Assembly (NCBI GenBank): GCA_048772705.1
Contig: JBLWGC010000109.1
Coordinates: forward strand, 186,001 to 250,000
DNA: 64,000 nt
Source of the DNA: Leidyana gryllorum EB-2025a
Taxonomy: Eukaryota > Protista > Apicomplexa
Reading direction: 5' to 3'
How positions within the stretch are numbered: the stretch's first letter is position 1; every line of letters begins with the position of its first letter. The notes beneath the pieces are model-generated. The model was given only the letters and a program-made list of their open reading frames with translations. It ran no database searches and was not told the DNA's origin. This document shows, piece after piece, positions 1 through 12,711 of the stretch. A program made the translations under genes and the position numbers.

Positions 1-1803
1 GCCGCCTTCGTAGGCCACTTCGATCGCACAAATTATATCCGGAACTGTCGCGGTGGAGGAGTCCAGCTGGGGACAAAGGACGAACAGCTCCACTTGGGGC
101 GAATCAGACAATCTCAGGAGGTCGTCTGGAGAGTTCTTGTGGTGGGTGGAGGCAAAGAGAGTGACAATCTTTTTGAGAATCAGCTCGCCGGAGGGGTGGA
201 ATGCGAAGAGAGCGTCTCGATTCAGCCGATACAAACAGGCCGTCTCCGGTTTGTACCAAGAGGGGTCCTGAGTCAGCTTGAGACACTTCTCTCCCCACAG
301 GTCCAGACACAACAGTCGGTTAAGCCACGCTTCAATGGGGTCCTTCTTCCCGTACCGAATGGGTGCTGTTAGTTTGACAGTGGATTGTAGATTCTGCTCC
401 CCCAAGACTTGCTTTGTCAATGCGTAACCGGTGCCTTCGTACCCATCAACAGTGGACGCCATCAACGTGAGGTAGGGACCCAAAAGTGCTCTCAGTGTCT
501 CAGTCGGGATAGCAGCGGCTTCGTCGACCAGGAGAATGTCGGCACTGCCAACTTTGTCAACGGCGGTGGGGAAGACGTATTGCACATTTTGAGTGTAATG
601 GACTGACTTGTTCTTCGTAATTCGGATCTCTGTGACGATGGAACGGCTTTTTAGACTCTCAACGATATTCTCCTGAGTCTCATTTTCGGCAGTTGGGAGT
701 GTCGAGAAGACGAGAAAGTCTTGATGCTCCTCGTAGCCCAAAGCTTTCAGACCTCTGACGGCAAAGTCGAAAACTGCTGTGACATTGTCTGGAGAGGGTG
801 CCGTGACGAATATGTGTTTGACTTGGTGAACAACCGCCAAGGCCACCGCCAAACCCAAAGCAGCTGACTTCCCTCTCCCGCGAGCTGCTGTGACGGCTAT
901 CCTCCCCTCATTGACTGCACCACCTTCTCTGAATTGCTCAGCGAAAGCCGCAATGCATTTTGCCTGGTCTAAAGTGCGACACAACTTGACTAGTGGGCCC
1001 ACATGGGCATTATTGTCAAAACGGGCCTTCAACTCCACCAGCTGAGGGTCTTCAGGCTCCGTCTTGGTGCAACCAGCTGACAAGAGCGCTCCGTCAGGCA
1101 ACGCTGGAATCGCCTTGAGCTGTTGCATGCTCAGCGGCAGTACATTCAACTCGTCGTCCAGCACTAAACAGTTGGAACATTGGGTCAAACTCAATATCAG
1201 ACGTTGACAAAAGCGAGGTTTGATCCTCTCGTCAAAGAGCGAAGATCGAAACTCCTGATGTGCGTCCAACGCGAGATTGTATAGTTGGCGCAACGACGCC
1301 TGTGTCCGTAATAACAGACATATTAGCCCACCACCCCGCACCGTTTCGAACGTTCGGCATATCAAATTGGGGGTCAAGGCTTCAAAGTCTTGGATGACCG
1401 CCATGTCATACGTGTTTCCCAGCAATTGTTCAGAGTCACGGAACTTGCAATACCTAACGCTTGTACCCTGTTGGAATAACCAGAATGGATCCTCGGTCTC
1501 ATTGTCATATGCCCCCATAGCCTGACGCTTCTTAATCTGCTTCAGACGCTTAGCGCGGTGCGTAGTGAACCCTGAGGAACCAAATCAGAACACAGCCGCA
1601 CAGACAGACGACTCACCCAAGTCATCCTTATAACACCATACGACTGACGGCTTGCCTGGCCTCAACCTCGCTCGGGTTGCGTGCAGATTTACAACTTGAT
1701 CCCTTCCTCTGTCACCCACGATTACCAACAAGGCTCGATGGTTCTGGACCACTGCATCCCACAGAAGAGCCCCAACTCGGTCATCAACGCGCTTCCGAAC
1801 CAT
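1..1803 (-). CDS. NAT10: RNA cytidine acetyltransferase NAT10/Kre33, 5' part (runs off left edge)
   Basis: ATG at 1803 gives MVRKRVDDRV..NHRALLVIVGDRGRDQVVNLH..VVWCYKDDLG. A 45-nt GT-AG intron (1572-1616) joins it in frame to FTTHRAKRLKQIKK..LGNTYDMAVIQDFEALTPNLICRTFETVRGGG, then the helicase motif TAARGRGKSAALG and LVDEAAAIP. Confidence 0.95.
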
Positions 1804-1912
1804 GACCGGCTCCAAAAAAGAAAATCCTAACTAGCTACCTATTCACTGCCCTCCTTGTAGTGCTTTTCAAGCAATTGCCTGCACCATCAACTCACTCATA
1901 TCAGACATATCC

Positions 1913-4900
1913 TCACTTTGTTCGAGAGCTTATTGGTGACGAGCCAACCGAACTCGCCGAACTCGATTGACGTCCTTTGCTCTTCTTTCTTTTGGACTTC
2001 TCCGATGATGGGCTCGAGTCCGACAGCGCAATTGGGTGACGGCGTCTGAAAAATCATCTTCAAGCATACACTCCCCCACCAACAACCTACCGGCTGCACT
2101 CAGCCTGGGCCGTTTTGCGACTGACCAGCTCTCCTTGCGATTTGCGGCTTCTCTACAGACATATCAAACCAGCCGTGCCAATCACCACTTACCTCTCTCA
2201 TTCCGTTTCGTCCACAACCATCGTCAGCGGTCCGCAGCTCGCCTGGTGATATAGACCGCACTCCTTTGTGATCGCGCGCAAGGTGTCCCTCCTTGGCCGA
2301 AAGTGGCGCTCGCTTGCTTACGATGGGCAGGCGGCCCTGCCTTTGCGCAGGGGGGGGACGTGACGGGTTGGTTGCAGCATTGAACAGAGGTGGGAGCTGC
2401 AAGAAATTGTTGTAATTGCTCTCAAACAATCAACTCACTGGACGACCTGTCCTTGCGGTTCCTGTGCGAGGCATTTCGCCTGACGCCCCCCACAGGTGCT
2501 GCTGCCTATGATATGATTGCCAAACAGGCTGATCGAAGAGTGTTGTAGGGAAGGCGGCTTCGCGTGCATGGGGTTGTTGCAGTAAATGCGTGTCAGTGGT
2601 GGCAGCTCGTGTTAGTCCCACGTGTCTTTCCAACCCATACGTGTCTGGATCAGCGACAAAAGGGTCATTATACGGTTGGGCCCCGTAACCTCCAGATGTT
2701 CGTTGTTGTCTGAGCAATAGTTGCAGGAGCCGCTCATTCTGACGGCGCAGCTCCTCAATGGCTTCCTGTGGGCGAAACGCTCTCGTGAAAGAGGGGCGAA
2801 AGTGCCTTACATCTCGATTCGGATCACAACTAATAGATCGGTCTGCTTGCCGACTGACGTCTCCGGTGTGTGCACACCGCTTCCTCGGTGACGTTGATCC
2901 CAATGCCTTTTGTAACTCCTGTAGCTTCTTATCCAAGTCGATCAATTTGCGTTCAAGCGACTGATTCTCGTTCCTCAATTTCCTGATCAGCAGCTCAATG
3001 TGCTTTTTCACCAAGCATGGACTTACTGATTCTCAGCCTTGACGTCATTGAGTTTTTCTTCGGCCTTCCGCTCCACAGCTCGCATTTCCTCGCGGAATTT
3101 GCTGTGTTGCTGTTCTGCAGCAAGTTTCATCAGCATCATTTCACATTGTAACAATTGTTCAGGACCCATGGTTGCCATTGCCTGTGGGAATGCGGACAGC
3201 AGATTGATGTCAAGTTGCTTGGTACGGCACGCGGGGCTCACGGTAGGAGTGCCTCCGCCGCACTGACGGAAGCTGCTGACTGCTCGGCGCAGAAAACCCG
3301 AAGCGTCCTCGTCGCTTGGAGCCGACGACGAGCAGCTGTCAACGTTGACCCCTCTCACACGCTGTTTGCGGGAGGGAAGTCGGGCCCCATGAGGCGCTCC
3401 AGCGGTATGGATAGCACTTGGTAAGCGAGTCTGCGGGTTCATGCCGAATGAGAAAGACGACGTCTGGGAGGGGGTGTCGACTCGAAATTGAAGGAAGGAA
3501 GGAGTGTTTGGCTCACATGAACTGAGTCAGACGCAGGTGTTTGACGGCGTGCTGGCGGCAGGCCAGGTGCGCCACTTCTGCGAAGAAGGCATTGAGACCC
3601 GCAATGAAGGCTCTTTGACTCACTGGACGGCGTTGAGCCTGCGTCCGTTGGCAAAGCAACGGCTGCGGCCTCCGTGGCTCGGGGTACTGTCTGGCTCGAA
3701 GCCTTTGCATGTGAGACCTTGTGCAGATACATTGGTGGTGGAATGGCCTCCGGTTCTCCGCTTGCGCTGGAGGGTTGAGGGCGTCGACTGTATGAAGTCG
3801 GCTCCATCGGTTGTCACACTCTCAGTGGGATCTACGTCCTCTCCACTATGGTTCGGAGGACTGGCTTTATTGCAAGATCTTAAGGGATGAATTGGTGTAA
3901 CGCGATGCAGTGCCTTGGAGAGTAAAGCGCCCAGTTCAGCCGCGGATAGCATCAGATCGATCGCCACTCCCAGAGTCAGCACGCCTTTGAACGCAAAGCA
4001 GCTTGAAACCCAATCGGTGGCGGCACCTTACCCACAATCGTAGCGGACTCGCGAGTGATGATAGGCACCCTCGTGAGTCCTTCGAAGATTGGCAGCTCCC
4101 TCAGGTTTGGGCCTTCGCCACAGGCACCTTCCTTCTCTTCGTTTCCATTCGTAGCTGCGGATTGAGTGTCTCCGCCGCCGCCGCCACCTCCTCCGCCCCC
4201 CCGGGGTGGCTCGAAGGATATGAGGTTGGTGTAGAAGGTCTGTGGTATCTGCGACACATCAGGGGGCTCAGGAGATAAAAAGGACTCGAAAGTCAGCGTT
4301 GCCACCCCAATGGTCGTGGATTTCCTCTCCGTCGGGCACTGTCGGCTGTGAGGAAGCCACGATTTAATGAGACGGCTGAGCAAGGTGGGTGGGGAGGGGT
4401 TGGGGGCTCTACGGCCACCTTGATCGTGAGCTATTGGTACGCTTACGCTCGCACGAAAATAGGAAGGGTCGCTCCGCCCGCGTCATTGACAGAGACTGAC
4501 GCCGCTGATGGCGTTGAGCCCTCTATAGCGGGCCGCTGTGGCAAAAACAGCCGAGTAAAGTCCGACCAGTGCAGACGGTCCTCAAAGCGGAATGAACAAA
4601 ATCCGTCGCTGATAAGTAGCTGCACAGAACAAAGAGAGATACATATCACAAGTCCGTTCAGATGCTCAATGTGCGACTCGGGGGACAGGAATTAGCGAGT
4701 GAGTGAGTGAGTGAGCGAAGGATCGGGCAGGTACGCAGTGCAGTGCAGTTCAGTTCAGCTACCCTACCTCGCCTGGATCTTTGGGATTGCGGGAGACTTG
4801 CACAGCGTGGAAAACGTCAGAGGACTGGAACAGGGGAGCGGTAAGGTACGAGAGCGACACAGACCCCACAAAGTCATCATCTTGCTCGACGCGACTCAGT

Positions 4901-5142
4901 AAAGGCTGCACGAATTTCAATTTCTTCAGGTCGATCGTCAGGCGGAAGAAGTGTTCGCACTCCAGAAGGTGCTTTGCAATAGCGCCGACAGAGTCGACAG
5001 GGATTATCTCCTCTAAGGTTCGTTTCTGCTCGGCGTCGACCTCTGCTGGATAACGGGCAGGACCACAGTGGCAGTGTGTGCTTGTGCGAGAGTTGTGGCG
5101 ACTCCGCGCACCAACTGCCTTACTGTCCTCGTCGACGTTCAT
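1913..5142 (-). CDS. Multi-exon hypothetical protein with C-terminal coiled coil and low-complexity regions
   Basis: ORF pieces 4759-5142, 4443-4649, 3976-4383, 3620-3982, 3439-3807, 3023-3442, 2430-3014 and 2100-2429 join in frame through short GT-AG introns (e.g. 2983-3026, 2397-2438). Coiled coil: EEMRAVERKAEEKLNDVKAENQKLRNENQSLERKL. No family recognised. Confidence 0.6.
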
Positions 5143-5272
5143 TTAAACCGAGTCTGGGTCCTCACAAATGGAGCATCAACGTGAAACACAGGGACCGGCA
5201 CACGAGGAAAACTTGAGGCTGTAATTCGTAGCGCTGCCTTCCTCACCATGGTACGCAAAAAAAATCAACACC

Positions 5273-8200
5273 ATGTCAGCCAGCACCTTCGGCCACGGTA
5301 AGCTGCCACCTACCCAGTTTCCACTCGCTCGTAGTCAATGATCGCCCGAATTTCCCGGCTCAAGAAGAGGAGATTCTGAAATACTGGAAAGACATCAATG
5401 CCTTTCAGAAATCGTTGGAGCTCAGCAAAGGACGTCCCCGCTACAGTTTCTATGATGGCCCACCGTTTGCTACAGGCCTCCCCCACTATGGGCACATTCT
5501 GGCTGGAAGCATCAAGGTATGACACAAATATGTGTGCACACGATTTTGTGCCTTGTATTAGGATGTTGTGACTCGCTATGCCCATCAAACTGGACATTAT
5601 GTCCCTCGTCGCTTCGGGTGGGATTGCCATGGCCTCCCTGTGGAGTACGAAATTGACAAAGCTCTTGGCGTCACAAACAGAAGTGACATTGTTGAGAAGA
5701 TAGGCATCCCGGTGTACAATGAGAAGTGCCGCAGTATCGTTATGACTTACTGCAAAGAATGGAAGAGAACCGTTGAGCGTGCAGGGCGATGGATTGATTT
5801 CGACGACGATTACAAGACCATGCAGCCTTCGTACATGGAATCGATCTGGTGGGTCTTCTCGGAGCTGTTCAAGAAGGGATTGGTGTACCGTGACTTCAAA
5901 GTCATGCCCTACTCCACGGCTTGCTCGACACCTCTGTCGAACTTCGAAGCTGGTCAGAACTACAAGGACGTTCCTGACCCTTCAGTGGTCGTCAGTTTCC
6001 CTATTTTGGACACCGGGTCCAATGAGCGAGCACAGAAGTTGGCTGAGGAGAAGGTTTCGCTGTTGGCGTGGACCACCACGCCCTGGACGCTGCCGAGCAA
6101 CATGGGATTGTGTGTTCATCCTGACTTTGAGTACGTCAAGTTCAAGGTGGTAGAGACCGGACACATTTACATTGTTGCAATGTCTCGACTGGCATCGCTA
6201 ATGAAGGAGATGAAGCTGGGGGTCAAGAATGCCGACAAGGTTCTGAAGGGAGAGGACACATCCAAGGTGGAAATCCTCGAGAAGGGCATCAAAGGGTCAG
6301 AGCTCGCTGGCTTGCAGTATGAGCCTCTCTTCGATTTCTTCTCGCGTTCGGACTATTGGAAAGAACGCGCTTGGAAGGTATTGTGTGATACCTATGTGAC
6401 CGATGACTCTGGTACGGGTGTTGTGCATCAAGCACCAGCCTTTGGTGAGGACGATTGGAGAGTGTGTAGTGTGAATGGTATCTTGGAGAAGGGAGGAGAG
6501 CTACCTTGCCCTCTGGACGAATCGGGCCACTTCATCAAACCGGTTGACCATCCTGACTTGCTGGGAGTCCAGGTGAAGGAAGCTGACAAGACTATCAAGC
6601 ATTTGGTCAAGGAGATGGGCAGGCTATTGGTCAATGACACCATTGTTCACTCTTACCCCCACTGCTGGAGGTCTGACACACCACTTATTTACCGAGCTGT
6701 GCCGAGTTGGTTCGTAAAAGTCGAAGACATCAAAGACAAAATGATAGAATCAAACGCTGCCACGCGCTGGGTTCCGGCTGCTGTTGGTGAAAAGCGATTC
6801 CACAATTGGCTTACCGATGCCCGAGACTGGTGTATCTCTCGTAACCGCTTCTGGGGCACTCCGTTGCCTCTTTGGGTATCCAAAGATTTCTCTCAGATTG
6901 TCTGCATCGGGTCAATTGCAGAGCTCCAAAAGTACAGCGACAAGCCCGTCACTGACATTCATCGTCACTTCATCGATGACATTGTGATCCCGGACCCGCG
7001 GGGTGGGGATTATCCCCCTCTCCACAGAGTGGACGAAGTGTTCGATTGCTGGTTCGAATCCGGCAGTATGCCGTACGCCCAGGTGCATTATCCTTTCGAG
7101 AACAAGGAGGCTTTCCGAGAGTCGTTCCCGGCAGATTTTGTCGGTGAGGGTTTGGATCAGACACGCGGATGGTTCTATACCCTCACCATTCTCGGGACCG
7201 CTCTCTTTGGCAAAGCTCCTTGGAAGAATCTGATCGTCAATGGATTGGTGTTGGCAGAAGATGGGAAGAAAATGTCAAAGCGGTTGAAGAACTACCCCGA
7301 TCCCCAGGAGGTGTTCGACGACTCCGGAGCCGACGCTTTGAGACTTTATTTGGTCAGCTCACCAGTCGTCAGAGCAGAGACTCTCAAATTCAGTGCCAAA
7401 GGACTCAAAGAAGTCATAAAAAGCGTTCTGCTGCCTTGGTATCACAGTGTACGCTTCTTGACTCAAGAAGTCCAGAGATTTGAGGCTGGAGGCAAACACA
7501 AGTGGAGGCCCGTCGATATCAACTCAAAGACTGAAGACTGCAATTATATGGACAAATGGATAATGTCATTGACTCAGTCTCTGATCAAATTCTTCCACCA
7601 TGAAATGCAGAACTACAGACTGTACACCTCACTGCCCAAGCTGCTCACATATCTCGATCAATTGACGAACTGGTATGTTCGGTTGAACAGAGAGAGGATG
7701 CGGGGCAGTGCAGCGTCGGAGGAGAGTTTAGTCAGTCTTTCGGTCCTGTTCACCATCCTGCTGGACTTCACTTGTCTCATGGCGCCTTTCACGCCATTCC
7801 TGTCGGAGTACCTCTACCAGATCCTGAAGCAGGGATTGGAAGACGGGCATCCCATGAAGCAGCAGTCTGTGCACTTCGTCATGCTCCCGGTCGCGGATGA
7901 AGAGCAGATCAACTTGACCATAGAAACAGCCGTTGGCACACTGCAAGATTTGGTGCAGATGGGGCGCTTGCTACGAAACAGATACAAGTCCACCATAAAG
8001 ACCCCTTTGAAGAAGTTTATGGTGGTCAGTGACGACCAAAAGGCCTTGGAGTCGGTGCAGGGACTGGCATCGTACCTCAAAGACGAGCTGAATGCTTTTG
8101 AGGTCGAGTTCCGGGCTGAGGCACATAGCATCAAGTTCTCAGCTCTTCCCAATCTCAAGCTGTTGGGTTCAAAGTATGGCAAGGACCTCAAGTCGCTCAT

Positions 8201-8861
8201 TCCTGCGATCAAGTCCTTGAGCGATGGCGATTTGCGCAAGCTTGACGCAGGGCAGAGCGTTAAAGTATGTGGAAAGGATCTCGTTGGAGAGGACGTCATA
8301 TTACAACGATCACCCCAAGGCTTCGCAGAAAGCGAAACCGTAGGCGTTGAATGCAACAGGTGGGCATTTATATCTGCGTATATGGATCAAAGTCGTCGAA
8401 TGTTGGTCGGTTCACCTTTTCGAATTTCGGTGTGCGGTGTTCGACGAACACGTGTCTGCTTCCTATGTAACAAACGTTTCAATCGCTGCAGTACGTTCGT
8501 GGTCGTTGCTGACTTTGCCGTAACTGAGGAGATGCGACGCGTGCACTTGGCACGCGAGATTACCACTCGTGTCCAGAAACTTCGTAAAGCGGTAAGGGTT
8601 TGTATGGTTTGGACCTGTGGTGGTGACACTGTTATGCAGCGAGGTATGAAACTGGATGATGAGGTGATCACAGTGATTGAGGCTGAAGAGAGTGCGACAG
8701 AGTTGAGCGATTTCTTGAAGAATAACCTTCAGTTAGTTTCGGAAATGCTGCGACGCCAAGTTCAAACTTTGGCACCTGAAGGTAAAGAGGCTCTGGTGTC
8801 AAGCGAAGATAAGATGGTGAACGATGAGACCTTGTTCATCAAGTTCTATCCTGTGGCTTAG
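5273..8861 (+). CDS. IARS1: Isoleucyl-tRNA synthetase, cytosolic (eukaryotic type)
   Basis: ATG 5273 plus two short 5' introns gives [15 protein letters not shown] (HIGH motif), [54 protein letters not shown] and KMSKR. Two in-frame introns are predicted at 8360-8491 and 8592-8639. Confidence 0.97.
8393..8453 (+). ncRNA. Candidate intronic single-hairpin H/ACA-like RNA
   Basis: Lies in an unusually long (132-nt) IleRS intron. Lower stem TCGTCGAA/TTCGACGA, upper stem CACC/GGTG, internal pocket, and ACA at 8448-8450 about 15 nt from the pocket top. Confidence 0.35.
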
Positions 8862-8951
8862 AGTAGGTGTTTTTTGGGCAGAGAGTGAGGCAGGCGCGCA
8901 CTTGCTTGCATGGGGGAGAGAATTGGATTGGTGGTTGAGAGCTGACCGACT

Positions 8952-11900
8952 ATGATTGAACATGCGTCGCCCCAAACAGACCTGATAGAGCAACCAACGA
9001 CCAGTCGGAGCACTACAGCCGAGCCAAACCAGATCTACGCCTCCCAGGTTGAACTTTCTGACATAAAAGCTTCGTTACCACCAACTCCGGCGGAATTGGC
9101 TCAGGCGGAGGAGCAGCAACTGCAAGAGTTGAGCCGACGAAGGAGGCATAGTAGTCGTGGTTATAGTCTCAAGCGGAGCAAAAGTCCCGCTCGAAGTGAA
9201 GTATCTCATTCGAAACTTCGACATTCGCACACCACACGGGAACCTTCCTGTGAACCCACCTCGGTTCCTCGCAGAAGAGGGTCTGTTCGGGGTCCCCATC
9301 AACAAGGCGGGAGCACCGGCAAGTTATCAACTATTCGGAATCTCCTCCCCAGAGCAGCGCGCACATGGCGCTCAACACAATCACAATCTGGTACCACCAC
9401 GGCTTCGAGCGAAAGCAGACCACCCCGTGCAGAGCCATTCCCAGGAGAAGAACCACATTCATCGGTTGACACGAGCCCCCCCACTCAGTTTCCCCTCCAT
9501 ACACCCCCAATGCGGACGTCTACCACAGGCAGTGCTCCTGGCAGCCGCGATGACAAATCCCTTTCATCCCAAACCAATCTCCACCAGGTACTTGCGAAAT
9601 GGCTCCCGCCGGTCACACACACACACACACTATTGTTCGTAGGTGCCCTCAGTCCCGCCGTGGAAGGTCGGTACAGTCAAACTATGGACTGGTCAAGTGA
9701 AGCGTTGGAAGGAACGGTGAGTATTCTCTCACCAGAGGTCGGGAAACACTACCCTCCATCCTTACCAGGTATCTGGAAGCATGGCCTGGAAGGTTGAAGA
9801 TCTTCAACCGAGCGCCTGCCCAGGGTGGCGTTGTGCGGATGGACATTCCGTTTCCCACAGAGGCCACCGTTACCAAACCCGGGGATGACAATAAGAAGCC
9901 TGTTCATGAGCGCGTGGATCTGACACTCAAGTGCACGAAGCTCACATTTCACTTGAAGTTCGCCAGCCACGATGAACGTTCTTCGTGGGTCACCGCACTC
10001 TTAAAGGCTAAAGGATGTCATACACACAAGGGATTGCTGTCAGGCGGCAGCATCACGCCCGCCGGCGACTCCCTCGTACTCCGCCCACCTCTCCCAGTGC
10101 TCCCACAGCTGAATGCAGGAGCACCTTCACCGCGGGAGATTGATCTTATGGAAACGGAAAGCACTCCAAACCCCGCCGTTCGGCTGAAAGAGTTGACTGC
10201 AGCTCACCAATGTCAAATAAATACGTTCAACGAAGACCTGTCCAAACACACTAAGGGTCTGGTGGAGGTTGCTGCCAAAGTCCACGCACCTCAGGGCGAG
10301 CTTCTCAGACGTCGGGTAATGATGCTGTTGGGCGGTTTGGAGGACCGCAAAGCCATGGACGCCTCCTACTTTGATGCACACCTCTCTGTGGTCAACGAAT
10401 ATATTCAGGAACGGGCAGGGCTGCAGAAAAGTCTACGTAAAGCTCTCAAGGAGATCAGTGCATTGCAGGAGGTAAGCCTCGCAGGTGCTGTGTGTACCGT
10501 TATATGTACATGATCACAGCAAGGGCGTCAGATGGCAGCATCGTCTACCCAACGTTTGATGTTACCCGGGCCGCCTGTTGAAGGGACGCCAGTGTCACTG
10601 CCTAAGCCGCTCCCCACCGAGTTTACTCCGTCACCAAAAACGATTGAGCAAGTGGGGTTTTCGGAAATGCCCGGTTCGGCATGGACTGACCGGCCGCCCC
10701 CTGCGGCTTCAGCCCCGAGTGGTGAAGCATCAGAGGAGTTCTTCGATGTGCAGGACGCGGACTTGACCAACCGTATGCCATCGCCGGTGCAACTGCCGAC
10801 TCCCGTGGGCGTTGATACTGAAGAGAGTTTGGGAGGTGTTCCACTAACAAGTCAGACGGCCAGTTCGGTCAGTTCTGACACGGAAGAGGATCCTTTTGCT
10901 GTTCCGACTGACTCTAAGCTCATTCAGGAATCAATTGAGTGTCTGAAAGTTGCCCAAGTTGCGGCTGCAACAGCGGTGCCGCTGCCTTCCGGATTTATAC
11001 ATGAAGAAGAATTAGGCCTTCCGCGCTTGTTCTATCCCTACCGCACACGTTTGCCGGTACCCAGAACGGACTTCAAGGTGAGTCCATTATGCGCTTCCGG
11101 TCCTTACCGCCGCTGCTACACAGATCAGCATGTGGAACCTGCTGAAAGATTGTGTGGGAAAGGATCTATCTCGTGTAGCTCTACCTGTATATTTCAATGA
11201 ACCGACTAGTTTCCTACAACGACTCGCGGAGGATTATCAATACGCAGCTCTCTTGGAGCGGGTAAGAAAACATGTAGTCAATGATGGCTTTCGTTCAGGC
11301 TGCCATGGCCACTGACCCGATGGAGCGCCTCTTATGGGTTACAGTCTATACAATGACTCCATTTGCTTCGGCTGTGGGTCGCACATATAAACCGTTCAAT
11401 CCCTTATTGGGGGAGACGTATGAATTGATCCACAGAGGCTACAAGTTTCACAGCGAGCAAGTGGGCCATCACCCTCCGAGTACTGCATATCACACCATTG
11501 GAAAAGGTTTCACTGCCTTTGGTCACCTTGTGGTGAGTGGGAGCCGCCAATTACCTGTGTCGCATCCTTAGCTGGGCCGCAGGTAAACACCAAGTTCACC
11601 GGAAACTCTTTGGAAGTTGGACTCGTCGGCCCGTGCAATGTCGTCCTTTCGCACCCAGACGGCCACCAAGGTGGGACGCGAAGCTTTTTGTCATCACATC
11701 GAATGCCGATCTTTCAGAGCACTACTCTTTCCAGAAGGCTAAGATGATGGTCAATAATCTGATTTTCGGCAAGATGGGTCTAGACGTTGGGGGACAGTAC
11801 ACAGTGACGAATCATACAACAGGTGAGTCGCCTCTTTGAGCCCAATCATCGTGCGTGCACAGGAGACTATGGAGTAGTTGACTTTCCCCGTAAGGGGTGG

Positions 11901-12690
11901 TGGACGTCAGACGTCCATCCAGTGCGGGGAGTGGTGGTTGACCGGGAGGGTCGATGCGGATATCGGTTCCAAGGAATATGGTCCCAGAAGCTAACAGCAG
12001 AAAAGTTGAATGCTGCAGCCTCACCGTTGCTGACTGCGAGTGTTCCCTATCCCCCAAATGTTGGCAAGGGCCCCACAATCAAGTATCCTCGAAAGGACAT
12101 TGATTTCCATCGTAAGACTAGGACGATCACGACCCTAATCGCCCTTTTCGCTTTCAGTGTCCTCGTGGCAGGACTTTGCTGTTGACCCTTTGACAAAGGG
12201 CCCATTTGTAGTCTGGCAGGCGGACGAACGACCCTGTCACGCGTCCGAATACTACGAGTTTGGTTACATGACATTCGAGCTGAATGAAGTGTCGAGTTCT
12301 TATGACCCCGAATTGAACGGAGTGCAAATACCCCGAACAGACTCTCGGTGAGCGACCACTTTGACCAGTCATTGATGTACATCTCAGGTTCCGCCCTGAC
12401 CAACGAGCATTGGAGAATGGAGATGTGGAGAAATCAAATAGCGAGAAAGTGAGATTAGAAGAGAAACAGAGGTAAGCATATTGGCTCAATGGGGTGCGGG
12501 AAAAGCTTCGGGCGGCAGGGCAAAGGCACGACAGCGACCAGCTGGAGAGAAGGACCACATTCCATGTTGGTACAAGCGAAGCTCAGATCCTGTCCTGGAT
12601 TGCCCAACATGGCAATTTGTAGAGGAATATTGGAATGCACGTGCCAATGATGATGCCTCTGTATTTGCTAACTGTCCGGACATTTTCTGA
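8952..12690 (+). CDS. Oxysterol-binding protein (PH domain + FFAT-like motif + ORD)
   Basis: PH-like FHLKFASHDERSSWVTALLKA; FFAT-like SEEFFDVQD; ORD motifs WNLLKDCVGKDLSRVALPVYFNEPTSFLQRLAED, KPFNPLLGETYE, EQVGHHPP, TDSRFRPDQRALENG, EKVRLEEKQR and C-terminal CPDIF. Multiple short introns. Confidence 0.93.
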
Positions 12691-12711
12691 GAATTGACTT
12701 TTAGTTCGTTC

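Noticed and set aside
1896-3014. Three abutting same-frame ORFs separated by TGA, suggesting readthrough or recoding
   Set aside because: One TGA lies inside a canonical 42-nt intron and the other is bypassed by a spliced frame change. Conserved genes show no in-frame TGA.
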